DNA of 63,837 bases, the filler included, from Octopus bimaculoides (lineage: Eukaryota), in NCBI RefSeq assembly GCF_001194135.2. It is 6 parts of 5 records of this genome, joined end to end, with 100 filler letters (N's around TTAATTAATTAA, not from the genome) between each part and the next. Parts side by side here need not be neighbours in the genome. Positions count along the whole stretch, not along the records: positions 1 to 31,409 come from NC_068982.1; 5 more parts are not named here. One strand, 5' to 3'. Below are positions 1 through 11,626 of the stretch, piece by piece. The position numbers were made by a program, and so were the translations under genes. Every line of letters starts with the position of its first letter. Position 1 is the first letter of the stretch. Below the pieces are notes generated by a model. The model saw only the letters and a program-made list of their open reading frames with translations. It ran no database searches and had not been told where the DNA came from.

Positions 1-717
1 ATATATATATATATATAGGTATATTATCTATCTATATGTGTATGCATGAATGTATGAATGTATGTGAGTGTGCATATATGTGGATGGGTGTATGCGTGTG
101 TTTAATGATAAAAATGCAGTGAGTTATATCAGTGGTCAACAAGTGATTTCCGATCTATTTTTACACTTGTAATTGCAAATGTTTCCAGTTTTAATCTTCC
201 TATTTCTATATGTGTGGGTGTCCACGTTACATGCTTTGAATTGTTTTATGTTGCTTCAAGCTGTCTGCTGATGCAAACGTTCATTGGGAAGAGAAAAATA
301 AAACTTCTATTTCTTTTTGTCTTTACTTGTTCTTATTTGTTTTGTGTAGTTTTTTTGTCTTGTTTTTTTTTGCGTATGTTTGTGATGGTGTTGTGATGAT
401 GTTGGTGGTGGTGAGAGGAAGTTGAAGCTTCTGGAAATCTGTAGTGACTGGAGTATAATTGACAAGTGGTTTTTTCTATCTACTTTAATGCTGTATGTAA
501 ACGTGTGTAAAGTGTTCCTACTTTAGATTCATGCGAGTTTCAACAATGTGGGATTTCAGTAACAGCTATTAGGACATGATATTGAACGAATAGATTTAAT
601 TTAATGATTGTTTCTGAGGCTTTCGTGTCACTATTCAGGTTTCAGGTAAGATGTTGGTGCTTAGTGCTGATGTCTATAGAATGACTGATTTCCAAACTAT
701 TATTCGCTTTTACTTAC

Positions 718-777
718 GTAGTATTGCTGGCAAATTATTTTGTATTAATACGTAGAATATGTGCAAGCAGGTTCTTG
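718..777 (-). other. Candidate 60-nt internal exon (phase 1/1; RTCLHIFYVLIQNNLPAIL)
   Basis: On the minus strand, acceptor ...aaatttacctttccag| and consensus donor |gtaagt; one of three frames is open. No homology recognised. Confidence 0.2.
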
Positions 778-800
778 CTGGAAAGGTAAATTTAACAAAA

Positions 801-818
801 TTCTCTCTCTCTCTCTCA

Positions 819-862
<44 letters not shown>

Positions 863-888
863 TACACACACACACACACACTCACTTA

Positions 889-925
<37 letters not shown>

Positions 926-974
926 GCTAGCTATTTATCTTCCTCTTTATTTCTTTATTTTTCTTTCCGTCTCT

Positions 975-1026
<52 letters not shown>
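801..1026. repeat. Compound (CT)n/(CA)n/(CTAT)n microsatellite ending in (CG)8
   Basis: Directly visible; the (CG)8 run is at 1011-1026. Confidence 0.95.
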
Positions 1027-2155
1027 TTTAACTGCCTCAAAATTTTCCTCAAGAAACCTTAATGGTGAAAGCTGACTTACTTATGTCTCACGAAAACAGA
1101 AGGGACTTTCTGTGTGTTCTCTAAAGATGACTTGGAATAAGGACAGTATTTTTTCTATTGAACGAGGTAAGAGTACGATATATTCCGATTTTTTTAAAGA
1201 CTAACATCGATGCCAAGAATCATAGTGAAGTGGTAAAGTTCACACCCGCCCATACACGTGTACTACAGCTCATGAGTCAACGCAACATAACAGTAATCGT
1301 TAGAAACATTACTAGTGATATGAATTCCTTGCACTTAGTCACAACTGATATGGGCGGGTTGTAAGGGCCGAAGTAACGAAAAATAACGCGATCAGGAGGG
1401 ATTTGTAAAGATTACAAGTCCTTATAACTTTACATCGCTACAAAACCATTCCAGAACTCTACCCATTCGTGGATGCAGAAATACAAGTGAGGCTGATGGT
1501 GTGAGGTATAAGGCCTAGCTGCGATATTTTTGGAAACAAGAGCCACTAGAGGGCTTTCTAGTCAGAGGAGTTTAAGAAAAAACAAACATCAACACCAGAA
1601 TCCAGAGATTGCCGTTTCAACAGTACCGTGGGTCAAAATCTCGAAATTGCCTAAAGAGATTTATTTATCTTTGATTCTAGGAGTTGACCAGGAAGCTGAG
1701 ACATTCATTACTCCAACCATGGCAAACAGTGACAGGTTAAAGAAGATGAAGGATGAGATATATCCACAAAAACAACAGTAGCAGCAAATGCCAGGCCACA
1801 CAACACTAACCAACAGAAGTACTACTTGTGTCTTATGACGAATGGGAGGCGATGGTTGCCGAGTAAGATTTTAAAACAATCAAGGGAACATAAAAGAGTA
1901 AGTTCCACTTCTCTCCCTCCCCCACCCATAACAGAAATAAACAACAATAGAAAACAACGAAAATGAGTGAAGAGGAGTAACCTTTAACAAAATCAGAATA
2001 TATCGTTGTCTTACCTCGATCAACAGAAAAAATACTGTCCTTATTTCAATTCATCTTTAGAGGACACACAGAAAATCCCTTCTGTTTTTGTGAGACATAA
2101 GTAAATCAGCGTTCACCATTAAGGTTTCTTGAGGAAAATTTTGAGGTAGCTAAAC
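1026..2155. repeat. Long inverted repeat: ~175-bp arms (1026-1200 and 1981-2155) around a ~780-bp spacer; possible non-autonomous foldback element
   Basis: The reverse complement of 1981-2155 aligns to 1026-1200 without gaps at roughly 88% identity by eye. The ORF track shows the shared KFSSRNLNGE peptide on opposite strands. Both arms abut CT/GA-rich tracts on the outside. Confidence 0.9.
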
Positions 2156-2391
2156 GAGAGACAGACAGACAGACAGAAAATGGAGAAAGAAAGGAAAGAA
2201 AAGAGAGAAAGTAAGAGAGAGAGAGAGAAAGAAAAGGAAAAAGTATGCATGTGGATGGATATGTTCTGTTATGTAATATGCATATATAAATGAGTACGCC
2301 CGTATCCGCGCATGTGTACGCGTTGTACGTTGTGTATATGTATATTTCTACGTGTATCAGTGTGCATGTGTGTATATACATCAGTGTATGC

Positions 2392-2447
<56 letters not shown>

Positions 2448-3139
2448 NNNNNNNNNNNNNNNNNNNNNNNNNNNNNNNNNNNNNNNNNNNNNNNNNNNNN
2501 NNNNNNNNNNNNNNNNNNNNNNNNNNNNNNNNNNNNNNNNNNNNNNNNNNNNNNNNNNNNNNNNNNNNNNNNNNNNNNNNNNNNNNNNNNNNNNNNNNNN
2601 NNNNNNNNNNNNNNNNNNNNNNNNNNNNNNNNNNNNNNNNNNNNNNNNNNNNNNNNNNNNNNNNNNNNNNNNNNNNNNNNNNNNNNNNNNNNNNNNNNNN
2701 NNNNNNNNNNNNNNNNNNNNNNNNNNNNNNNNNNNNNNNNNNNNNNNNNNNNNNNNNNNNNNNNNNNNNNNNNNNNNNNNNNNNNNNNNNNNNNNNNNNN
2801 NNNNNNNNNNNNNNNNNNNNNNNNNNNNNNNNNNNNNNNNNNNNNNNNNNNNNNNNNNNNNNNNNNNNNNNNNNNNNNNNNNNNNNNNNNNNNNNNNNNN
2901 NNNNNNNNNNNNNNNNNNNNNNNNNNNNNNNNNNNNNNNNNNNNNNNNNNNNNNNNNNNNNNNNNNNNNNNNNNNNNNNNNNNNNNNNNNNNNNNNNNNN
3001 NNNNNNNNNNNNNNNNNNNNNNNNNNNNNNNNNNNNNNNNNNNNNNNNNNGCACGTCGCCTCCCAGTAATGAAATGAAAACAATGCAGAGCAAGTACCTC
3101 CTTATAACTTCTCCCAACTATGATTTCGTAACTTAAATG

Positions 3140-3342
3140 AACCCCTGGTAGAATCCTTAAAGTGTTAGACAAACTGCTTTGCAACATTTCTTCCGTGTCT
3201 TCGCGTTCAGTGTTCAAATCCCATCAAGGCCAACGCTGCTTTCATCCTTTCGGATGAATATCAGTCAAGCAAGGAGCCTGGGGCGATCGGCTAATGCTCT
3301 TCCCTCAAAATGTTTGGGTTTTGTCCTAAATTAGAAATAATT
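3140..3342 (+). mobile_element. Degenerate SINE family A copy
   Basis: Diverged match to the better copies at 5652 and 59503 (ctggtagaatc...gttcaaatccc...tttcatcctttcgg). Confidence 0.6.
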
Positions 3343-3639
3343 GACTACTGAATTGTAGGGGCTATACTTATAAACACTAATAAAGGAGGTCTCCTTTGGG
3401 CAAGTAAAGTTGCACATATGGGTCAGGCCGTCTTGAAATGGGATTTGTATTTTTCTAAACAGATCACTTACGCAAGGTTATACTCATTGTTATTGTTAGA
3501 ATACGAACAGAGCCGAAAATTACCACGATGATAGCTTTTTTTATATACATGATGTTACAAAGTGCAAAAAAAATAAAGGTGAGTGAGATCTTCAACATCC
3601 AAATATAAAATAAAATTTAACAAGAGAAAATTGCAGAAC

Positions 3640-4310
3640 TACTGTGTACGGGAAAAGGCGTGCAGAATTTGCAGTTTATTTTGATGTTAGTAGAGATCTG
3701 CATTTCTACAAAATCATGCATGGATAAAACAATCCCAACTCTTGTAGAGATGAAACTGTTTGTGAACGATCACGATATCTACTTCTTGAACAGCTGAAAG
3801 AAACCAACAAAAATGTTAAACAATGGTTTGTCTTACTGTTGTTGGTTTGAAGCTGTTTGGGAACAATCGAGATATCTTCCACTTGAACTTTCGGTACAAA
3901 TGAAAGAAGTTGAGGACAATGTTAAACAGCTATTTGTCCAAATCAACTACGCAGAAAGTGAGTAGCATGTATATGGGGATTTCAAGATGCATGCCTTTAT
4001 TTTTTCGCTTTCAGGATGAATAGACAAAATTTGTGTTTCTTTTGTTTATGGAACAGTAAATATGTTGGCCTCCAAGACATAAATTACAACCAGAAAGATT
4101 AACTGCTGTAAGGCAGCCTATTATAGAGTCTAAAACGTTTTGTTACTGCTACTTCATATAAAACTGGGATCCATAAAACAGCTTGTGAAGGCCTTAAAGT
4201 TTGGAGAAATTTTTCAAGAAATCCATTTTATGTTTCCAAGTCTCTTTGATGACAAATCAAAGGTGGTTATGCTTGCTGAATCTCAAGTGAATATGATTTT
4301 GAAGTAAAAA
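3640..4310 (+). mobile_element. Decayed DNA-transposon transposase remnant, Chapaev(3)/CMC-like
   Basis: Frameshifted motifs GDFKM (3975), CFFCLWNS (4034), LHIKLGSIKQLVKAL (4152) and FPSL..K.KGG follow the order I recall for Chapaev3-type transposases (GDxK..CFLCLWDSR..PLHIKLGLMKQFVKAL..FP.LS). No TIRs found. Confidence 0.6.
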
Positions 4311-4440
4311 AAAAAAAATGAAAGAAAGAAAGGTTAAGAGAATCGAGAAAGAAACATGGTGTGCATTCTGTGGTGTAATTCATGAGTTTCTAAGGATTTG
4401 AAAAGGTGATAATTATAGGAATCTCATGACATGGCGTAGT

Positions 4441-4885
4441 TATCTTTTATCTTTTTTAGCTGTTACTTTTTTCACTCATTCAACTTCAGCCATGCTGGGG
4501 CACTGCCTTGAAGAGTTTAGTCAAGCAGAATGACACCAGAATTTAATTTCTTAAAAATCTGGTACTTATTCTATCGGTTACTTTTGCCGAGCTGCTAAGT
4601 TACGTAGACGTAAACAAACAGCACCGGCTGTCGTGCGATGGGAGTGGACAAGCACACACACACACACGCACGCACACGCGCATGCATACACACGCACACA
4701 TATATATAGAAACATACATACATACATACATACATACAACGGGCTTTCACAGTTTCCCTCTACCAAATTCACTCATGAGGCATTGGTCGGCCCAGAGACC
4801 ATAGCAGAAGACATTTGCCCAAGCTGCGATGCAGTGGGACTGAACTTGAAACCGCGTGGCTGCAAAACGAGCTTCATATAACTTA
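4441..4885 (-). mobile_element. SINE family B copy (tRNA-like head, internal CA/TA microsatellite)
   Basis: The reverse complement matches the full-length copy at 24151-24550. Confidence 0.85.
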
Positions 4886-4954
4886 GACTTTAGGCCTCTC
4901 ACGATGAACCTAGTTTCCACAACAATTAAGTGACTGAGATCACAATATTCCCCG

Positions 4955-5155
4955 CTGAACAGGAGACAGTCTGTCGCGGGGTTGACTTTCCCAGTTGTTG
5001 CTGAAACTCAATCACAAATGAATGAACTGGAGCAACGTGAAATGAAGAGTTTTACTCAATAGCACAACACAACGGACTGTCTGGGCCGGGATTCGAAACC
5101 ACACTTATACAAATATAAGTACGATATCCCCTAACCACTAAGCCAAGCGCCTTCA
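4955..5155 (-). mobile_element. SINE family C copy (tRNA-like A/B boxes)
   Basis: The minus strand reads tggcttagtggttag...ggtttcgaatccc...gttgtg..ttgagtaaaact..tttcacgttgctccagt, homologous to 39444-40210 and 30070-30200. Confidence 0.7.
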
Positions 5156-5560
5156 TACGAAAAAAATGTTGAAAATTAACGTTCAAGTAGTAAAACGAAA
5201 ATACTTTTTTGATTTAATTTTGATAAGCAATAATCAAATTTTCTAATTTAGATCCAAAATAAGGAAATTGTGAGTATTAGACTCTTAGAGTTGGAAACAA
5301 AGCTTCCAACTCATACTCTAATCTTAACTAAGATCCCTTTACATTTTTTTTTAGATTTGTTTGAAATAAAAGTATTACACTTGGTTTAATTTGTTTTTAA
5401 TACAAAGTCATAACTCCTGTAGACACTCAGCAACTCCCAAAGCACTCCCTTGACATTTGTCATCCCCTTGTGATCTCACAACGCTCTCAGAATAGTACTA
5501 CTACTGTCCCTGTCTACTGTATTGTCCCCAGTATGTCGGCCCTGGTAGCCAATAAATGAA

Positions 5561-5561
<1 letters not shown>

Positions 5562-5647
<86 letters not shown>

Positions 5648-5648
5648 T
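5562..5648. repeat. (ATT)n microsatellite
   Basis: Directly visible. Confidence 0.98.
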
Positions 5649-5651
5649 TAA

Positions 5652-5990
5652 GACGGCGAGCTGGTAGAATCGTTAGCACGCCGGGCGAAATACTTAACGA
5701 TATTTCGTCTGCCGCTACGTTCTGTGTTCAAATTCCGCTGAGGTCAGCTTTGCCTTTCATCCTTTCGGGGTCGATAAATCAATTACCAGTTGCGCACTGG
5801 GGTCGATGTAATCGACTAGTTCCCCCACCCACCCAAATTTCAGGCCTTGTGCCTTTAGTAGAAAGGATTATTATTATTATCATTATTACTTTCATCCTTT
5901 CATCCTTTCGAGGTTGATAAAATAAGTAATCGACTTGCCCCTCCCCCAAAATTTCAGGCCTTGTGCCTGCAGCAGAAAGGCATCATCATC
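5652..5990 (+). mobile_element. SINE family A full copy (5652-5875) followed by a 3' half copy (5890-5990)
   Basis: ggcgagctggtagaatcgttagc (A-box-like), gttcaaattcc (B-box), body ending in an ATT tail; repeated many times in the window. Confidence 0.9.
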
Positions 5991-6421
5991 ATTGGTATGT
6001 GATCATTGAATAGCTATGTAAGGTATAAGAATATAATTATTTAAAGTTCAGCAAATCATTTTGTCTATCTTTTTGTCAGCAATGGTAAAAATATTAGATG
6101 CTTTTTTTTTTTAGTACAAAACTTGTAGTAAATTGAAAATTACTATCAGCTGCTAATCGAATATATCGTATTTTGAGATTAAATTATGTATTCTTCGAGT
6201 GATAATACAAAGAATTAATAACTTGAAGCGTTGGTGTTTTTCCGTAAAGCTAGACAACCTTTTGAACATAACCGACCTTTTTATTGGTAAACAATATAGC
6301 TCGACTAATATTAGTCATATAATTTTCATATAATTATTACTATTAACTGATGAAGCCTTTATAGTTTACAAAGGTTACGGCCTTCAAAACCCGCTGGCAA
6401 TGTTACAGTTTTTTTTGCGAA

Positions 6422-6838
6422 GGAATAGTTGTGTTTCTAAGAAGCTTGTTTTGCAATCACTGGCTTTTGTATTCAGCCCCACTGCATGGTTCTTTGGGCA
6501 AGTTCCTCTACAATAACATCGGACTGACCAATGCCTTGCGAGTGAATTTGATCGACAGAAACTGAAAGAAGCCCATCGTATAAATATGTGTTTGTGTATA
6601 TATGTGTGTGTATGTAACGTCTCTTTTTTGTTCCCCCCTTCCGTCACCACTTGACATTCGGAGCTGGTTTGTTTACGTCCTCGTAACTTAGCAGTTCGAC
6701 AAAGGAAACCTATAGGTTAAGTACTAGATTTTAAAAAAAGGAACAAGTACTAGGGGCGGTTATGTTTGACTAAAACCCTTCATAGCAGTGCTCCAGCATG
6801 GCTACAGACAAATGACTGAAACAAGTAACAAGACAATG
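6422..6838 (+). mobile_element. SINE family B copy, diverged
   Basis: Colinear with 24151-24550. Confidence 0.85.
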
Positions 6839-7344
6839 GCAGGTGCAGTTATGGTTGTTTAACCTCATCCGTACTCCCAGGACATTCCAGATTGAAGCCG
6901 GTCTCTGATCAAACGAGTTAGAGCTACCACTGTCCAATCTATTTTTAGACATAACGTGCACATTATCCAATAACTGTTTTTTTTTTAATGTTTCGTTGAA
7001 TTTGAGAAAATTCGATTACTTTAGCAGGTCGAGAGACAACGTAGAGCACATAAAGCTTCGTTTGTTCGCATGTAAATGCAATGATCTCAATAAGCAATTG
7101 ATTGCTTGGAGAGAATTCGATTTATAGAGAACGTACAACCGTGAATAATAAATAATTTCGCAATGATTGATAAGACAGTGCGCCAGTGTGGGCGCCGCCA
7201 TATGGTTGTAACCAATTAAAAGAGCAAACAGCTAACATTATTGTTATGATTCTTCTTACCGTTTTATTGGTATTCATTGAAAAGAAAACAGCTGAATAAT
7301 AGTCAGTGCATGTATATATGTGGACATACATGCATAAATACATA

Positions 7345-7434
<90 letters not shown>

Positions 7435-7694
7435 AGTATGTAAATACATGCGCATATATATGTATATATGTGGATATCGACAAAAAAACACGTTTGAATA
7501 TTACACTCACAAATACACATGTATATTTGTGAATATAGAGACATAAACACATACAGACAGACAGACACACAGACAAATCATAATGCATACACACACCACA
7601 CACAAACGCCACACACACCACACACAAACGCCACACACACCACACACAAACGCCACACACACCACACACAAACGCCACACACACATACACACAC
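7345..7694. repeat. (TG)n microsatellite plus a 22-bp tandem unit (cacacaccacacacaaacgcca) x~4 running into a gap
   Basis: Directly visible. Confidence 0.9.
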
Positions 7695-8253
7695 NNNNNN
7701 NNNNNNNNNNNNNNNNNNNNNNNNNNNNNNNNNNNNNNNNNNNNNNNNNNNNNNNNNNNNNNNNNNNNNNNNNNNNNNNNNNNNNNNNNNNNNNNNNNNN
7801 NNNNNNNNNNNNNNNNNNNNNNNNNNNNNNNNNNNNNNNNNNNNNNNNNNNNNNNNNNNNNNNNNNNNNNNNNNNNNNNNNNNNNNNNNNNNNNNNNNNN
7901 NNNNNNNNNNNNNNNNNNNNNNNNNNNNNNNNNNNNNNNNNNNNNNNNNNNNNNNNNNNNNNNNNNNNNNNNNNNNNNNNNNNNNNNNNNNNNNNNNNNN
8001 NNNNNNNNNNNNNNNNNNNNNNNNNNNNNNNNNNNNNNNNNNNNNNNNNNNNNNNNNNNNNNNNNNNNNNNNNNNNNCAATGTTAATTCTCTAAATGAAG
8101 TATTAACAGTAACTGCACGATAAAGTGTAGTATATTGCCACTTAAGTGTGGCTGACCCCTAGGGGTGGATGTTACTGTTGCTTTTAGCCCCAGGAGGACA
8201 TCTCCTCCAGCTGGCTTATCGACACACGACTGTGTCCTGTTTGCCAAGGGTAG

Positions 8254-8295
<42 letters not shown>

Positions 8296-9000
8296 ATGTA
8301 TGTATGTATGTACGTATGCGTGTATGTGTATGTACGTATGCATGTATGTATGAATGTTTAAATGTATGTATAACGGAAGCGTGAAGAACTTTTACATACA
8401 TCATAAAACAGCATACATTTGTTAAGTAAAATTCATTCCTCTATTGTTGCTTCGCTTACAATACACATGTATCCTTACATGCATATATATTTACGTGTGT
8501 ATGTGCGCGTGTTAATGAGCATGTTTGTGTGTGTGTGTGTGTGTTAATGAACATATGTATATATTTGTGTATGTGTGTTAATGAACATATATAGATATTC
8601 GTGTGTGTGTGTGTCTACTTGTAAAAATTGTGGGAAGATTTGTATGAAAATCAGTGGCAATCACATGCTGTTTTCTCTATCACTTGCTTGCTACTGAAAG
8701 CGTGGTGTCTATATAATTTTATATATATATTTCTACTCGCAAAATAGATCCTTATGGAGGGGAAAGATTGGAATATGTATGCTTATTTTAATATATGTAG
8801 CATGATATATTTTTCATGCGTCGTTCTGTTCTAGTTATTTTAATACATTTATATATAATCACTGCGAAGTTTGAATCTCTTTTTTCTATCCATCGAGTTC
8901 TTTGTTAAAACTCTTTTACAGAGAAATATTCTCATTACAACAACGAAATTTTTGTTCCTATCACTAATACATATGTGTGTATTAGAGTAAAGGAGTGTCT

Positions 9001-9075
<75 letters not shown>

Positions 9076-9179
9076 GTGCGTGCGCGTGTATGCGTATGTG
9101 CGTGCATATTTACATACAGGCATATATATCTTATATATATATGTAATGTATATAATGTATATGAGGGCATGTACCTAGA

Positions 9180-9312
9180 TACATACACAGGTAGGTAGGT
9201 ACGTACGTACGTACAAAGTAGGTAAGTAGGTTGGTAGACAGGTAGGTAGATAAGTAGGTAGACAGGTAGGTAGATAAGTAGGGTAGACAGGTAGGTAGAT
9301 AAGTAGGTAGAC

Positions 9313-9402
<90 letters not shown>
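9180..9402. repeat. GGTA/GATA tetranucleotide array with ~24-bp higher-order units
   Basis: Directly visible. Confidence 0.95.
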
Positions 9403-9403
<1 letters not shown>

Positions 9404-10273
9404 CATTCAAGGATTTAAAAAGCCCGGCAATACAGTTATGAAAAAAATAAATTTTAAAATAAGAAATACTAAATCTTTATCTGAAAACATTGAATAATTC
9501 TGATATTTCGGTCTAAAGGGGTTCGTCATTAGTGAAGTGAACTGGAGAGATATGTTTCAGCACATCAAAGCTTCTGTTCATGTATACATGGATAGATACT
9601 GTCAGCATGTTACATGCAAATGTATTTGGTGATATTTTCCATTGTTCAAGTATAATAAGGTTTCTTAGTTTATTGCGATAGATAAAGCATGTGGGATGTT
9701 ATGGTAGTATTTTCCATCGTTCCGAGTTTATAAGGTTACTTTGCTTATGAGTGATGTAGTTATAGCGTTTTTGATAATACGGTGATAATTTCTATCGTAC
9801 TATGTTTGTAAGGTTTCTATCGCACTGTGTTCATAAGGTTTCTTTGCCTGTTTATTTAAGTAGATATAGCGTGTGCGTAATGTGTGGAGAAAGTGGGATC
9901 CTATTTTTGATCACAGGGCCAACAGGAGTGGCTAGGTTAACAGGGGTCCCTGATATTTTGATTTGTAGTTCCGATTGTTACTGCCAGAAAGTAACAACAG
10001 CATTAAACCAAAATGACAATAACTTAGAGATTATGAAGGCAGTTCTCATCTATCTAAATTTACTGTCAACAGCCGATAAGAATTTTGCAAGAATTGGCTT
10101 CTCTGACCCCTCACATCGGCCCTCTTTCGAAAACCAAATACGATCCTCAAAATCCTTATATTTTACAAACATGCTGTATCAATCGTATCAAAGGAAAAGA
10201 ATACATAAATACATACACGCATGTATGTATATATGTATGTATGTATGCATGTATGTATGTATCCATGTATATA

Positions 10274-11368
10274 CAGGGGTTGGACAAATTAATAGAAATA
10301 CCTTAAAATTTCAAACAAATTTATTTTAATATGGGGTAGGACAGCCTTTGGCAGTAATTACAGCTTGAATTCTACGAGCTATGGACTCATACAAAGTTTG
10401 AATTGTTTCCAAATGAATTTTTGCCCATTCTTCAGTTAAAACAGTCTCCAGTTCTTGTAGTGATGATGGTGGATATCGACTCCTTACTTGTTTTTCTAAA
10501 ATGCACCATAAATGCTCGATAATATTGAGATCTGGGGACTGTGGTGGCTAGATAAGATGTTCAACTTCACTAGAATGTTCCTCGTACCATTCAGTAACAA
10601 CTTTAGCTGTGTGAATTGGTGCATTATCATCCTGAAAGATTGCATTTCCCTCCGGAAGAAGGCAGTTTGGGTCAAATGCTTCTTTTGGCTGTCTCCACAC
10701 GTATCCACTCGGTCGGTGTTCGGAAATAGGGTAAAGGATGAATCGTCCGAGAAAATAACATTATTCCACTGCTCTAGGAACCAATTCTGTAGATTTTTAC
10801 TTCACTCTAAACGTTTTGCAACGTTTGTTTTTGAAAGCAGTGGTTTTCTGATTGCAGCCCTCCCGTGAAATTTCGCTTTGTGCAGCTCCCGGCGAACAGT
10901 TTTTGTGGAAACTGGGTTCTCGAGGTGATCATTAAACTCTGCAGTAATTTTGGGACCTGTACTTTTGTGATCCTTTCTAACAATTCGCGTAAGATTCCGA
11001 CGGTCCCTATCTGAAAGTTTTGGTTTTCTTCCGGAGTTTTGTTTCGACGCGGAAATTTTTCCCTCTCTCTCAAAGGCTGTCATTACTTTCGAGACAGTAC
11101 TTCTTGATACACCAAACATTTCGGCTGTTTTCATTACGCTAGCGCCTGCCATACGAGCACCAACAATTTGACCTCTTTGAAAGTCCGATAGATCTGTCAT
11201 TTTAATTACCTTTTTCTGATGATATCTGAAAAGAAACAGCAATTTTAGCAAAACATATTAAGCAACACTAATAATAAATCAAGAAACATAAAAATAAACA
11301 AGCTTTTGACGGTTCTATAGATATGATGCTATGATGCTCGGTGTTTCCATTATTTTGTCCAGCCCCTG
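10274..11368 (-). mobile_element. Tc1/mariner DNA transposon, DD36E (Incomer-type), internally deleted and non-autonomous
   Basis: ~28-bp TIRs CAGGGGTTGGACAAATTAATAGAAATAC / CAGGGGCTGGACAAAATAATGGAAACAC with TA on both sides. The minus strand encodes the HTH region (MTDLSDFQRGQIVGAR...GRKPKLS), IFSDDS, QDDNAPIH and SPDLNIIEHLW, with 36 codons between the second D and the E. Confidence 0.92.
10330..11200 (-). pseudogene. Tc1-family transposase pseudogene
   Basis: Stop after KRLE, a frameshift at RV/YVW, a TAG in the WPPQSPD motif, and a deletion joining PNCLL directly to PEGNAIFQ. Confidence 0.9.
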
Positions 11369-11470
11369 TATAAATTTTGTAGCGGTCATTATCTCAAAGC
11401 GGAAATTTGAGCAAGGTGATTCTAGAAATGCAGAATTACCATCTACACACTTTTGGCATTTGCGAAATAT

Positions 11471-11607
11471 AGGCGCAGCTGTGTGATAAGAAGTTTGCCT
11501 CTCAACCACATGGTTCCGGGTACATTCCCATTACATGGCAGCTTGGGCCCACAAGTGCCTTGTGAGAGGACTTAATTGACTGAAACTGAATGAAGCCGGT
11601 CGTATTT
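11471..11607 (+). mobile_element. SINE family B 5' fragment
   Basis: Head gcagctgtgtgataag...ccacatggttccggg and aactgaatgaagccggtcgtat match family B. Confidence 0.75.
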
Positions 11608-11626
11608 ATATATATATATATATACA

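Noticed and set aside
1105-1150. Hammerhead-like reading tgtcct-CTAAAGA-tgaatt-GAAA-ta-aggaca in the inverted-repeat arms
   Set aside because: Both arms have A at the invariant G5, and stems II and III cannot form.
7185-7205. YY1-like motifs (cgccatat here; aaaatggccgccat at ~44942)
   Set aside because: They are short isolated matches expected by chance, with no supporting promoter context.
9420-10250. Possible further PLE remnants here and at 12990-13750, 25200-25600, 35700-36207 and 59040-59450
   Set aside because: Composition and isolated words are suggestive, but I could not read ordered motifs with enough confidence to list them as features.
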